DNA from: Octopus sinensis
Lineage: Eukaryota
Reading direction: 5' to 3'
Assembly (NCBI RefSeq): GCF_006345805.1
Contig: NC_042998.1
Location: forward strand, 7,564,001-7,628,000
DNA: 64,000 nt
Position 1 is the first letter of the stretch. Each line of letters starts with the position of its first letter. The notes under the pieces are model-generated. The model was not told where the DNA came from. It saw nothing but the letters and a program-made list of their open reading frames with translations, and did no database searches. Shown here one piece after another: positions 49,851-64,000 of the stretch. Both the position numbers and the translations under genes were made by a program.

Positions 49851-51109
49851 CGAGGCTGGGCTGAAAGGTCCATAGGCTTACTATGAAGGAGTGATGCTAG
49901 ATCTGTGAAATTCTGCCTTTATTCATTTCAACTTTCCTTATTAATAACGACATTGTTTTTGTCCCCAGGTAAACTGACATCTGACTGTTCAAAGACTTCA
50001 AAGGCAACTATTAACAACAGCATATATGATCACCATCACTGTAACACAGGTTACTAGCCAATTGTATTTTCATGTTGGAGAACAGATGATAGTCACAGGG
50101 ACCAAATTAGAATAGAGTCGGTGGTCAACCAGTTCAAAGCTACAGTTGCGCATAGTAGCCATCGAACACAAAGATGTGTGCAGGAGCATTGTCCTGATAA
50201 AACAACACCTCTTTCGTCAGTTTCCTTTGGCGCTTGGTTTTTATAACCTTTTGTAACTGCCTCACCAAGTTGGCATAGTACTTTCCATTGAGGGTGTGGC
50301 CCTTTTGAAGATAGTCAATAAGCACAACCCCTTTTCCATCCGAAAAATAGAGGATATCGCTTTCCCTGCTGAAGATGCGACATTGATCTTCTTTGGAGGA
50401 GGTGAGGAGAGATGTTTCCACTGCATGGATTGTCTTTTTGACTCTGGCTCAAAGTGATCAACCAAACACTCACCATGGGTTAGGAAACACTGAAGGAACC
50501 CATCTGGATCTGCCTCAAACAATGTCAGATTTTCCCATGATATCATGGGCCTGATGCGCTTTTGATCAAGTGTCAGAAGCCGTGACACCCACCGAGTAGA
50601 AACCTTCATCATGCCAAGTTCATTAAGCAGAATATTCTCAACTTTCATACGGGTTATACTAACAGCCATGGCTATTTGATATTTAGTCAATCGCCTTTCA
50701 TCCGTCAACATGTGATGAACACGATTAATATTTTCCCCGGTGGCGGCAGCTGCAGGACGTCTAGATCTTGAGTAATGAAGACTCTCCCTCCTCATCCTAA
50801 ATTTAGCTGCTCCCTTTTGCGCTGATAAAGCTGGAACGTCATTCCCTAATGTAGCAAATATGTCAGCATGAATGTCGTTGGCGGCCAAACCTTTTTTCTG
50901 CAAGTACGTGATAACACCACGATGGCAAATTTTGTCCATTTTTAACAGAAGTTGCTACCTGTTTCTTTTGACATCTTCCAAAGAAATAAGTTTACCTGGA
51001 AAGAAACAAGCCAGTTCTTAATAAGATGAGTTGAAATTAATGCAGGCAAGATTTCACAGCTCTAGCATCACTCCTTTATAGTCCCTGTGAACTTTTCATC
51101 CCTTCTTCG
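49851..51109 (-). mobile_element. Decayed full-length mariner (Tc1/mariner) DNA transposon
   Basis: TA at 49849-50 and 51110-11; imperfect TIRs (CGA.G...TGAAA.GT.CA.AGG...AGGAGTGATGCTAGA.CTGTGAAAT). Motifs WVSRLL, HFEPESKRQSMQW, QDNAPAH and a degenerate YSPDLAPSDYHLF, with frameshifts. Confidence 0.9.
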
Positions 51110-51511
51110 TATGTCTAAATCAGTCATGGTTAAGGTGTAGCTTGCGTAACTTTCTGAACTGTACAACCAATGAAAAATTCCTGAGAACTTTTTCAGTTGT
51201 ACAACCCGTCTATTGATGCACGATGCCCCATGAGGCCAACTTCTCGAAAAAAGTTGTCCATGTCATGTCTGAATGATTAGCAAAAATACGAGAATGATTT
51301 TAACAATAAGATACTTTAGGTATTTCTCTGCAGAATTTAGATATCAATACATCTATGTAACAAAAGAACAATAACGAAGAGACTAATTAGCTGAAATAAG
51401 AAAGAGGCAATTTAATAGTGAAAATTAGTTTGATAGTTAGTAAGTTAGGTTTTCAGAAAGATGGATATTGTCAGTTAGATTGACATCTATGTATATATAT
51501 ATATATTATAT

Positions 51512-51553
<42 letters not shown>

Positions 51554-52084
51554 CATATATATATGTATATATATACATATATTTGTTTGTGCGTGTATTT
51601 ATATACAGAGAAAGAGAGTGAGGAAAAGTGAAAGAGCATTTCAAATTAATGAACTTGAGAAAATATTTAGGATGTCAAGCGGTTGGTGACATACGGAGAT
51701 TATAAATTCAAATTTTTTAATGCGTTTAGTTTTCTGCAGAGTTCTGGGGTCCAGAAAGATACGTAAAAATATTTTCAATAAAAGAAACAAAAATAAAGTA
51801 AAATGACGTAGCTTAATTTAACGATACTTTAAAGCATTTAATGTAAATTTTATAATATAACAAGATGATAAAACTTAAGATGCAGATGACGACGACGACG
51901 AAGACGACGATTTTCTAGGCGTTGATATAAGTCAAAGACATCGACACAAGTACTTCAAAGGTACTCACTTTTACCGATCTAAGAAGGATGGAAAAACAAA
52001 GCAAACTTTGACGAAACGTGAATTGTGAATTCTGGATATAAAGGGCCATAATTAAACATCTGAAACACTTTTTTTCCAATATTT

Positions 52085-52089
52085 AATTG

Positions 52090-52167
<78 letters not shown>

Positions 52168-52380
52168 TCAACAATAATAATAACAATAATAACAATAAAA
52201 ACTATAATGATAATAATGATAATAATAATAATAATAAATAATAATAATAATAATATAATAATAATAATATGAACTTCCAACTTGTTGTCTGTTGAGGTCT
52301 CTGGATGAGACTTGGAGCCAGCTTGTGCAAATGTAAAGCAAAAGTCAAACACAGAATAATAATAATGATAAAAAATAATA
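52085..52380 (+). repeat. (TAA)n tract with an inserted ~85-bp unique segment (52269-52354), probably the 3' tail of another (TAA)n-targeting LINE
   Basis: Non-repetitive segment ending GTCAAACACAGAATAATAAT, embedded in AAT repeats. The LINE identity is inference. Confidence 0.5.
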
Positions 52381-52894
52381 AAAAATAAAAATGAACGAAC
52401 TAGTGAGTTTAGTTTAATGGCCTACCAATGTATACTATGAGTTTCTTTGCCCTAGGAGTCGGGTAGACACTCGGCAAGAAATGGAAACAAATTTGAAAGA
52501 AGAAGAAAAAAAAACAATAATAATAATAATAATAATATTAATTGATAATAAACTGCTGAAGAGGTAATAAAGGTGAGTGTAAATAGTTGAAATGACATAG
52601 TCATTTTGAACATAGGCAGTGTGCACGCATTCCGTTGACGTGGTTTCATTTCCAGTGTGTTCTCATGCTGGTCATTTGCTATACGAACAGGCTTTTCTCA
52701 GTTTGGTTAGTGAAGACTACTTAGTGAGTATTTGTTTGTGCTTTGTTAATTGTGTGTTAGAAAGATAATTGAAGTGTTAAAAGAAAAAAAAAAATGGAAG
52801 AAATAAATATAAGAACGGAGTATAAGTAAGAAATATTGGCAATGAATACCTTACGATCATCATGAAATCTTTTAAATACTTAACATAAAACTAG

Positions 52895-52931
<37 letters not shown>

Positions 52932-52932
52932 T

Positions 52933-52968
<36 letters not shown>

Positions 52969-52970
52969 CA

Positions 52971-53003
<33 letters not shown>

Positions 53004-53121
53004 GATGCGCATTCAATAACCTAAGATAATATATGCAATTTGTTATGAATTTATATTATACACACACCTATTCTTTCATTCTTTTCCTCATCTTTAGATG
53101 TAAGCAATATATTTACTCACA

Positions 53122-53160
<39 letters not shown>

Positions 53161-53497
53161 TCTGTCTGCCTCTCTCTCTCTCTCGCACACACACTCACAC
53201 AATTCTATTCTGCATACAGTTCACCACATTGTTGAAAAAGGTTCGACAATACAACCATACTTCAATACTCGACACTGTATTTTAACTGACTAAAACAACA
53301 ACAGTAATATTCTTTGTAGAGAATGATTGAAACCACGAGTGGTGAACAATGCCTTTAAACCATTAAACCACTGCATGCAATATTCCAGGAATTTTTCCTT
53401 TGATATTCTCAGATATCAATGATAGTCGTCAAGGAGAAGAGATAATTACGATGATTCAGAAAGTTGACAGTTGAAATAAAATCGAAATTATTTTGCC

Positions 53498-53700
53498 TCT
53501 TTTACTCTTTTGCTCTTTTACTTGTTTCAGTCATTTCACTGTGGCCATGCTGGAGCACCGCCTTTTAGTCGAGCAAATCGACCCCAGGACTTATTCTTTG
53601 TAAGCCTAGTACTTATTCTATCGGTCACTTATGCCGGACCGCTAAGTTACGGGGACGTAAACACACCAGCATCGGTTGTCAAGCGATGTTGGGGGGACAA

Positions 53701-53735
<35 letters not shown>

Positions 53736-53910
53736 AACATATATATACGACGGGCTTCTTTCAGTTTCCGTCTACCAAATCCACTCACAAGGCTTTGGTC
53801 GGCCCGAGGCTATAGTAGAAGACATTTGACCAAGGTGCCACGCAATGGGACTGAACCCGGGACCATGTGGTGTGTAAACAAGCTGCTTACCACACAGCCA
53901 CGCCTACACC
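53498..53910 (-). mobile_element. SINE family A, full length and uninterrupted (reference for the empty target site)
   Basis: Head on the minus strand GGCGTGGCTGTGTGGTAAGCAGCTTGTTTACACACCACATGGTCCCGGGTTCAGTCCC. Confidence 0.9.
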
Positions 53911-53914
53911 TAAT

Positions 53915-54130
53915 AATTGCCGACAATTATTTTTCGTTCTGGTGGTCCATTGTGCACAATTTCTGGTAAACTTCGTAACAATTCCAGAGACATTCTAATG
54001 GCATGTTTAGATAATATTCTCTCATCACCTGTAAAATTATTCGAAAAGCAATCTTTCGATTTACTGCATAAAAATATACTTTCGCTAAGCATTTCTTTTT
54101 TTTCGGACAAATAGAAGTTTCCTGGCCACA
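53915..54130 (-). mobile_element. Possible hAT transposase C-terminal dimerisation-domain remnant
   Basis: ERILSKHAIRMSLELLRSLPEIVHNGPP loosely resembles the hAT end motif R.S...L..L..I..NGP. Weak. Confidence 0.3.
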
Positions 54131-54149
54131 AACCCAAATACTTGACTTT

Positions 54150-54601
54150 TATTAGCTTTATTCTGTTACTTGTTCCACTCATTTGACTGCGGTCATGCTG
54201 GAATATCACTTTAAAGGGTTTTAATCGAAGAATTCGACCTCAAGAATTTATTCTTTGTAAGCCTAGTACTTATCCTATCGGTCTCTTTTGGCGAACCGCT
54301 AGTTTACGGGTACATAATACACCAGCATCGTTGGTCAAGCGATGACGGGAGTAAAACACAGAGACTCACTGATATAAATATATATATACATACATACATA
54401 CATATATATATATGTATATTTAGGGAAAAACCACTAGGTGGATAACCATACGTTAGAAGAAGATCACATACGGTTATCCACCTAGTGGCTTATCCCTAAA
54501 TATACATATGTATTGAAATGTTTTCTGATTTTTCAGATTTTTTATATATGCTAAGTTTAAAATTGATATTAATTAGATTAATATTCAATTTATCTCCCAC
54601 A

Positions 54602-54639
<38 letters not shown>

Positions 54640-54780
54640 CAGGCTTCTTTCAGTTTCCGTCTACCAAATTGGCTCGCGGCTCTAGAAGACACTTGCCGAA
54701 TGTGCCACGCAGTGGGACTCAATCCCAAACCATGTGGTTGAGAAGCAAGGTTCTCACCACATAGCCACGCCTGCGCCTAT
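54150..54780 (-). mobile_element. Fragmented SINE family A (3' part 54150-54365, head part 54637-54780) interrupted by TA repeats and a hairpin MITE
   Basis: Family A tail, core and head motifs lie on either side. Confidence 0.7.
54410..54509. mobile_element. ~100-bp hairpin MITE
   Basis: Arms ATATGTATATTTAGGGAAAAACCACTAGGTGGATAACC and GGTTATCCACCTAGTGGCTTATCCCTAAATATACATAT, 24-nt loop, in TA context. Confidence 0.7.
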
Positions 54781-55310
54781 TATGTATGATCGTTATATCT
54801 ATACCTATAGCTTTGCAGCTCAAGTTTCATGAAATTTATCACAAAATGACAAAAGAGTTTTTATCTTCATGAGGCGATATAAAATGATAAAATGTTGACT
54901 TCCTTTTGTGTGAGCCAGTAAGTCTAATCCCATTATATTGAACTACTTAAAGGGGCCATCTCTTATTGGCGTACTTTACTATTATATGTAAAAAGATATA
55001 AAAGATCTAATATGTATGATCAATACATAATTCTTAAGATTCTTCCGAAGGTTATGCATGTGTGTGTGTGTGTGTACGCGAGTGTGTTTTTAGAATGCTT
55101 CATGAAACTGAAAAGGCCACATAAGTTCCACATGATTAGCAGAGACACAATACCACCCTGTATTTATATTCAAAGGAGTCAGTTGTAACTAACAAAGTAA
55201 TTACTACTGTTTAACCCGGTTCACCCTATTAGAAAATATGTGCTAGTTCGTTGAGCAAAATTAACATTATCTAGAAACCGTTTTATTTTCATGCATATTT
55301 TAGTTCATAT

Positions 55311-55761
55311 ATATTTCTTTATTGCCCACAGGGGGCTAAACATAGAGGGGACAAACAATGACAAACAAAGGGATTAAGTCGATTACATCGACTCCAGTGC
55401 ATAACTGGTGCTTTTTTAATCGACCCCGAAAGGATGAAAGGCAAAGTTGACCTCGGCGGAATTTGAACTCAGAACGTAACGGCAGACGAAATACTGCTAA
55501 GCATTTCGCCCGGCGAGCTAACGTTTCTTATTTCTCTACTACCCACAAGGGGCTAAATATAGAGGGGACAAACAAAGACAGAAAAACGGATTAAGTCGAT
55601 TACACCGACCCCAGTGCGTAACTGGTACTTAATTTATCGACCCCGAAAGGATGACAGGCAAAGTTGACCTCGGCGGAATTTGAACTCAGAACGTAACGGC
55701 AGACGAAATACTGCTAAGCATTTCGCCCGGTGTGCTAACGTTTCTGCCAGCTCACCGCCCT
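55311..55761 (-). mobile_element. SINE family B dimer flanked by one TSD
   Basis: TTTTAGTTCA(T/C)AT at 55298-55310 and 55762-55774; junction GCTAACGTTTCT/TATTTC near 55527. Confidence 0.85.
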
Positions 55762-57222
55762 TTTTAGTTCACATATTATTTGCTGTGTATAGATTATGTG
55801 TCTTATACTATTCAGCAGGAAGTGAAATTTTCTTCTGATTAATTCGTATTCCAAGTTTATTTTCAAACCTAGACACATATTTTGGGTCTCATTTTTTTTT
55901 TTTACATTTAATGAAACTTTTCTATTTTTCGTCGATATCTGCCTACCATTCACGGCTCATCTATTTTATTTATCACCTTTTCTATATTATGTTACCTATT
56001 CGTCGAATTGTCCAAAAAAGGGTTTTTATTACTAAACTGTTACTGGTGTCTGGTGGTGCAATAGTTATTCGCCTTTTTTACAGTTATTGGTAATGGCGAC
56101 ACCAATAATATAGCAAAAACCAGTGCTTATAACAATACACTAATTAGAAGCACGGATGTTACTATTAAATGGTATACCCTATGTACAAAACAACAGCTGT
56201 CATAGTTGCTTTATTTCGCTTAAACTTTTGCTTTGAGTAAAGTTTTCGACGATCTTGTGTTTTTGCATGATTTGCTTGGCAAAATACCAAAGCGTTCGTA
56301 AACATGACAACTCTTTCAATCTAATAAAAAAGTGAGTCAATGGAGTTACTAAGAGCAATGGAAACCAAGGTTTTCTTCCGCATAAGACAAGAAAATGTCA
56401 TTGCAATTATTGGAAACAGTAAGACCGTGATAGTTCAGGTTTTTTCTTTAACAAGAAAACAGGGAAATGTCATAGGGAATCCAATGAATCATAGAAATCC
56501 CACAAAAGGGTGTTAGCTATAATTAAATCACGCGAACCAAACACTAGCTCCTATGCATTCATAATATACGAACATCCACTGACATTACTACGTAAAATAC
56601 GTGTGTGTGTATACACCCCACTCCATATATATATATACATATATATATATGTGTGTGTGTGTGTGTAAGAAGAATGCAACAGAAAGTAACTGAGAGAAAA
56701 CTGGAGTCACAACCGCCTTCACATCAACAAATATAATATTGGTGTGAGATAAGCAAGAAGAGAATAAAAGAAATAGTCTCTACTTTTACTTTACCAATTC
56801 TCTCTATCGCTATGTCTCTCTCTCTCTCTCTCTCTATCTATTTTTCTCTCCCACCCACACATAAACACATTCGATATTTATATTCGTCAGAAATAAAACA
56901 TATATATACACAGATTATTCTTCTCTTTATGATTATCTATAAAATCAGAATTTAATATATTCGAATCATATTTGTATGTGAGTATGTATAATACGCTACT
57001 GAAAACTCACAGTAATTTCGCATAGTTTATTTGCCCCTTCGCTCACATTCGAAGAATATTTTCTCTCTCTCTCTCTCTCTTCCCTCGCTACTTTGCTTTG
57101 CTTGATTCACACAAAGAAGTAGAAAAACCAAATTTTCTTCTTCTTACCGTTGCTTTCTCTGATCGCATGCGAAGGAAAAGACATTTCAGTATCAAAGATT
57201 TTCATTATACATATCACTTCTA

Positions 57223-57526
57223 GTGTGGAGACACATGGCCTAGTGATTAGAGCAGCGGACTCGCGGTCGAGGGATCGCGGGTTCGAATCTCAGACCGGGC
57301 GATGTGTGTGTTTATGAGTGAAACACCTAAGCTCCACGCGGCTCCGGCAGAAGGTAATGGCGGACTTCTGCTGACTCTTTCACCACAACTTTCTCTCACT
57401 CTTTCCTCCTGCATCTTGCAGCTCACCTGCGACGGACCGGCGTCCCGTGCAGGTAGGGAACCTATACGCCAAGGATACCGGGAAACCGGCCCTATGAGCC
57501 AGGCATGGCTTGAGAAGGAACAAACA
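57223..57526 (+). mobile_element. tRNA-derived SINE (family D) with 12-bp TSD
   Basis: A box TGGCCTAGTG, B box GGTTCGAATC; ATATCACTTCTA at 57211-57222 and 57527-57538. Confidence 0.85.
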
Positions 57527-60068
57527 ATATCACTTCTAAAATACAAGCCCGATCCGAAATTCGGAGGAGGGTATTAATCGATTATATCGATCCCAGTGCT
57601 TTATTTTATCAAGTTCATGGGGGACGAAAAGCAAATGTAATTTGCGCAGGGCTTGAACTCAGAATGAAAATGGTCGTCCCTATATTACTACAAGGTAATT
57701 CCTTCGACGCTCTTAATGTTTCTGCCAATCCATTCATTATGCCAATGACTGCTGTTTATCACATAAAATGACAACTGTTACATTCTGAGTAATAACCATG
57801 AGTTTCTCGATTTTTGCTTTCGTACTTCCAAAGTCAATAAAATGAGTACCCACCAGGTACTGGGCTTGGTACAATTAGCTTTGCTTCTGCCATCGAATTT
57901 ATTGCCTCATGCTTGACATAGAAACAATTATCATATTCTTTTAAGAATGGTGGATGGTTTGAATAATTAAAACGGCAGCGGAAATGCGTTGTGTTATATA
58001 GAACCGACCAAACACTAATATCGTTGAATCGAGTATTCTCGCATACCTGTGTAAGAAATTATTTTCTTCGCAGTTTTACAGTTTAGTGTTAAAACCTCTC
58101 TTTCTCTTTTCACTCTTTCTTTCTCCCAAGAACATGGGTCCGAAGCGGTAGATTTCTCTCTTTTCTCAAGTTACAAAACAACATATTCCATTATTTTGAT
58201 TAAATATCTTACATTTTGCTAACGCCTGCTGTCCATAGTTTCCCAGCATTACAATGTTTTACTATACGATGGAATAACTTATTACATTAGTGAAATGGCA
58301 GACATTTATGAAAGGATCTAAGCAACCCAAATGAACCTCAGTATATTACAGGCACTGGTTTTATCCACTTCAGTAGGCTAAAAGTTACATTTTATCCAAT
58401 TGTGATTTGCAATCAGAACGCAAATGGATCTAATTAAGTGCGGTGGTGCATGTTGTCTTTTACTTTATAGACTGATATCAACCGCTCTTATAACAATCAT
58501 TTCTTACGTGGGCACAATTCCGAAACAGTTTGGGAGAAAAATGCCATCCATATAATCGTCTCCAGTATTTGGCTATTATCGAAGACAAAGAGACTATACT
58601 TTTGCTTACTATATTTTGATTGATCAATGGCGGTTAAAATTGACAAAGTTATCGGAGATAATCTCGGCAAAGAGCACAGAGTCAAGGTGTGGAGACCGAA
58701 TGAAGATAGAAGAGTCTGAAAGCTGTACTTTTCCGATGCTCGTTTTGAAAACTTTATGATTGCAGAGGCATACCCCCTCATGACAATTTAACATTTCCTC
58801 TGTGTTGACAAGCAGTATTCTCTTCGTTTGTGTACAAGTAGGTTTTGCTGTGAGACATTTTAGAATTATCTCGATAAGGAAAGAATTTTACCCTAATAAA
58901 TCTATTGCATAAAATGTCAATATTCTACTTGAAAACAATATTTTGACATTTCACCAAATCTTTTCTACTAGGTGAGTTAAGAGGATGTCGTTTAACAGTT
59001 TAAGAGTCGGCTGTTTATGTTCTCTCACCGAATCTGTGTCAAACGTCACTTCACCTAACTCACAGTAACCGTATTCACTTGGCTTTACATAAGAAGCGAA
59101 GGTGTTGAATGGCTAATGAACGTATCTTTAACATATAGTACTGACTTCATAAAAGGATACGCTTGACCGGGAAACCAGCCAAGTATGATCAAACTAAATA
59201 AAAAGTTTCTGTTACTGTAATACGTTTTACAACATAATCCAGCAGTAGATTATAGTAATATATTACTATATTTTGTTTCTATTATCGAATCTTGCCAAAT
59301 TTTTTCAAGTGATGATTGCTATTCTTTTCATTTCTCAAAAATCACTTTCAAGTTGCATGCAGAATATGCATTCTTTCTTTTCCTACCTCAAAGGTAACTT
59401 AACTACATCCCATTGATATACATGGTATTTTTTCAATTCTGTAAAGAAACGCACTCATATGAATAGGTATGGCCGAACAATAATTGTTGCCACAAGATGA
59501 GAGAAATACGTTTTTGAGATCTTGAACCCGATATGCGACATGTAACATTTAGCATAACAAATACGGACACCAAAAGCTTGGAAAGAAAATTAAAATTAAA
59601 ATTAACATAAATATTTATAATAAACGGTAAACATAATGAAGCGGCTTTAACATAAAGGAAAACAATAATCATTCACACAATCTCTTATCCTCTCAGACAT
59701 ACTAACATATGACAGTAGACACATATATACACATGCACATATATTTGTTTGTAAAACTATACGACCCTATATTGAGGTGATTGATTTGATTAAAGGAAAT
59801 AATCCAGAACGAAGAAAGTTGTTTAAATCTATAAGCATCTCAAATTTTCTTTCGGGTAGCCCCGTTCGCTTCCATGTATGTCGAAATTTTAGCAATTCTT
59901 GATCTTACCTTGTATAATTTGATGTGTTATACTGGCAATTTAAGCAAAACATATATGAGATCAAATCGCCAAAATATTTTCCTCGGACGATAAAGTAGTT
60001 CATGGCATTTAAACACTTCACACATGTTAAGTATGTGGTATCGGTAATACTTGAATTAAGAAAATTTA

Positions 60069-60440
<372 letters not shown>

Positions 60441-62871
60441 CTAAGTGTAAGTGATTGCATTCGTATGAAATTAAGTAGTGTTCGGGTTGACTTAAACATA
60501 TTGGTTGCTCTTTATTTTTGATGTTATATTTTGAAATTAAATTTGAATTGGTTCTTGTTATCTAATTGCCTTTAGATCATAGTAATGTCCATCACAGTAT
60601 TTTCGTTTTACTATCTGTAGCGTTCGGTATAATACACATGCTTATTAGATACATATTTAATTAGAGGCAAACTCTCAAACTGTTGTGTGTACATCTGTAC
60701 AACGTACACCTACGTTATAATATTGTATTGCTGTATTTAAAAGCATTTATGAAAAACATCTATTTTCTTTTACCCTATTCAATGAATATGCTTCATGTTG
60801 GGATATTTGGAGGTGTTTCTTAGTAATCTCAGTACATTGATTTTAATTATGCTGCCTAAAATTTTCTGTTACGCCTAGATTTTGTCAAAACTTATCTTGT
60901 ATCTTTGAGCATTTAGCCGTAAACTCCTTATAAAATAGATCCAAAATAATTCAGCTATAAAAATTGCACCGTAGCATTCTTCTTTTGTCAAATAAAGGAG
61001 GTCACGATTGGACAATAGTGTAGCTGAATGGTTCTACTGCCTGGCCAATCAGACGTCGAGTGGCTCCTCCCGCTAGACTACTCATTAATATATTTGAATT
61101 AGGTTAAGGGGGCTGTATAGTTTGTTTGTACAAGGAATGTAGTGCATCTTATTTGCACTCAAGATACTTTTTATGAATTGTATTCGTTTAGTATGGCGTC
61201 AACGAGTAAATATCTATTTCCCTCGTGTGAAACCTCTCTGATAGTTTTTACTATGTATAAGGGAATGTACAACGTTTTTAACAACAGAGAAACATAAATA
61301 CAGCATTGAAAATTAGATATGTCTACACATACTACTTTGGCTATTCTATAGGAGATTAAGAAAAGTGTTAGACACCTAATTTATTGTACACACAGTAGCA
61401 AAATGTTAACAGTTTCAATGAATTCAAACTGAAAGCCAGCCATTTACTGTTGCCACGATATGATGTGAGTCTAAGGACCTATATCTGCGAAGCAAAAATA
61501 GTAAATGTTTGATAGAAAAATAAAACTAACGTCATATCCTCAGAATTGTTTAACAGACTTGAAATATGCACTACATGATAAAACAGTCATACTACATATT
61601 TTACCGTTAATTGCTTTACCCGAGGATTCTTTTCAAAAATCTAGAAGTGATTGTAATGTTGAATCTAACAATCAATAGTTCTAGTTATCAATCGTTCCCC
61701 ACATCTATTGGAACAGTTTAACAAACTTGGTGGGGATTTAAAATTGGCAAAAAAGTTCCATGGTTTCATGCTTGAGCAGTTCTATAAGTTCTTCATCGTC
61801 ATTTGAAGTTTTCTATCTTTCATTTTACTTAATAGAAAATGATTGTAAATGTAAGATTTGTGCTGCTGGATTTCTCTCAAAATACAATTTTTCTTGATAC
61901 ATTGCCATCCCATGAAATTCTGGTTCAATAATTAACGATCACAACGAGAACTTCCATTAAACATTCTCTGATATAGATGGTATGTATCAAGGTAACTTAA
62001 ACCCAGACATAGTGTGCCTTTATTGTTGATTATATTGTAAGGCCGTTTTGAATCTCATAAAAAATCAGAATAACGTAAGCAAATCTTAAAGTATTTGGCT
62101 CTTTGCATCAATTGGTAACAAAGTTACTAGTTAATATATCTAGCTTCCGTCTTAAGATGCTATAAAGAAAAGACATCTCTGTTTAAAGCTATTTGTTCAT
62201 AGCTATCGCTAATTTTTGAAATGGAAGTTTTTAGGGGTAAATACGAAGAAAGGTTATTGTTTTGTAAAATCTCGTGTTATAATGAGATTTGGATTTCAGA
62301 CGTGAATTCAGCATAGTGTTATTTACACCTAACTGTGGACACTTGCTTATACACATATACATTTTTATAATTTGATAAACTTTTGTTGTTATCAATAATG
62401 TAATTTACCTCTAATATTTTATATAATTATATTTCCTACAATTGGAGACGTTTGCTAAATTTATTGAATGTCAATTTAATATATTCTAAATTTGAGTTTT
62501 AGTTTTAGCTTTAATTTTTCGAAAAATTCGAAAGTGCAATAAGTTCGAGAAATTTTTAATAACTACCATTCGACAATTATTCTTTACAATCAACGAACAT
62601 CAATGAATATTAAATTTAAAATTAATCATATATATATATATATGTTAGAGTGATGCAAATGTTATTATGCTTATATAAATATATATTCTATGTATATGAA
62701 TTTGTATGTTGCTATAACTTTTACGATGACTAGTTTCGAATGAAGTAATTTTTCATGAAATAATGAATATAATTAGAATAATAACGTTTCCTAGACTAGC
62801 TTTCTTGGTGTGTACTGATAGCAATTTGGTGTCTACTTTTTTTTAGACCTGACTAGATTTTGTTTTTCTGC

Positions 62872-62875
<4 letters not shown>

Positions 62876-62931
<56 letters not shown>

Positions 62932-62932
62932 C
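62876..62932. repeat. (TTA)n microsatellite
   Basis: Directly visible. Confidence 0.95.
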
Positions 62933-64000
62933 TACAATTGACCATATAATTTCTGAAGTTCTCTAACTAATGATTTGATCGAATGAGATAGCTTAAGAAA
63001 ATATACATCTTAATAATGAAATTACTAATTTTAGCTTGCCAAACGTTTATATTTTTAAAAACAAGTTTTACAACAGTGATTACTTATTCATATTCGCATA
63101 CAAATTCATATTCGCATACATTCGTATTTGCATACAAGAACGGGTGTTTCATATATTACACACATACACACACACACACCACACACACACACAAACTCAC
63201 ACACACACATACACGCGCAAACACACATATATATATATATACATTCATATATTCATATATTGCAACATAGAAACATAGTTAGATGCGGTGAGTATTAGTG
63301 TTAATTTTCGGACAACGTTTCATGATTAGACGACCATCAATGCAATTGGCTCTATGCCAAGGGTAACCACGAAGACGTCATGTGACCAGCTGTACAAACA
63401 TAAATGTAACATAGGACCAGGATGTGGGTTATATTAAACCGGAACGAACATCGCAAAGCATGAGTCACAGAAATGTACAAATATTTGCAACAGAACATAG
63501 AACAGACAAAGGGAAGATATCTGAGGAACAGAAACAAAATAAGAAAAAAAAAGAAAAAGATGGAACAGGAAATTGACCAATACATAACAGTACAAGCAAG
63601 CGGAAGAGACGACTTACTGCACTAGCTATGACAGCACAGCTAAATGTCAAGAAAGAAAATCGGGTTTCGGTTTCTACCATGAAGTCGTTCCAAACATTCT
63701 GAGCAGTGGAACGAAAACCTGTATTATTGGCTGAAAATAAAGACAAGAGTGCTCCAATGGACGACATTATAGCCAGCATAGTTAACTCGAATGTAATCAA
63801 TTCAACGGAATTGTTGTCTAATCGTTTCACATTAAGGTCATAGGGTTATGTGTGTATTTATATATATATATATGCGTATATAGTCATGTGTATTAGTGTG
63901 CATGCGTGTGTGTATTTGCCTGTGTGCATGTGAGTGTGAGCGTGTGTATGCGTGTGTGTGTATGTATGTGTGTGTGCATCTCTGCGTGTTAGTGTATAAA

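Noticed and set aside
57223-57300. tRNA-like sequences here and at 2472, 3270, 13710 and 22130-22200, as tRNA genes
   Set aside because: The acceptor stem is not closed and each continues into a SINE body with a tail or TSD.
58497-58781. 94-aa minus-strand ORF and a nearby GTAAG donor
   Set aside because: No frame gives a recognisable domain.
63300-63830. 121-aa minus-strand ORF or possible decayed LINE endonuclease on the + strand
   Set aside because: Similarity is too weak to call without a search.

Overview
AT-rich, microsatellite- and retroposon-dense animal genomic DNA. The SINE and LINE repertoire suggests an octopus or other cephalopod (inference from repeat content, not a database result). 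Only one host exon is recognisable, and the ORF track missed it: a minus-strand terminal exon encoding a PLAC domain (38466-38587), probably the 3' end of an ADAMTS/ADAMTSL/papilin-type gene whose other exons lie beyond the window. The most notable structure is at 6.9-13.5 kb. Three divergent ~2.0-2.25 kb elements, each encoding only an L1/Tx1-type ORF1-like protein (single CCHC knuckle) and no reverse transcriptase, sit head-to-tail inside the tRNA-derived head of one SINE. An ~18-bp target-site duplication flanks the array and is also left at both internal junctions. This points to a non-autonomous, sequence-specific retroelement repeatedly inserting into the same SINE site. Units 2 and 3 share a 1-bp frameshift, carry 200-bp 5' monomers and have rapidly diverged C-termini. 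Also present: two inverted repeats carrying minimal type I hammerhead ribozyme folds plus a third degenerate one, TSD-flanked SINE multimers, back-to-back SINEs with a likely gene-conversion tract, an R4/Dong-like RLE fragment in (TAA)n, CR1 and RTE fragments, two non-autonomous Helitrons, a Helentron-like element, a decayed mariner and an ~800-bp tandem duplication containing a foldback element. Most ORFs in the track are microsatellite or antisense artefacts.
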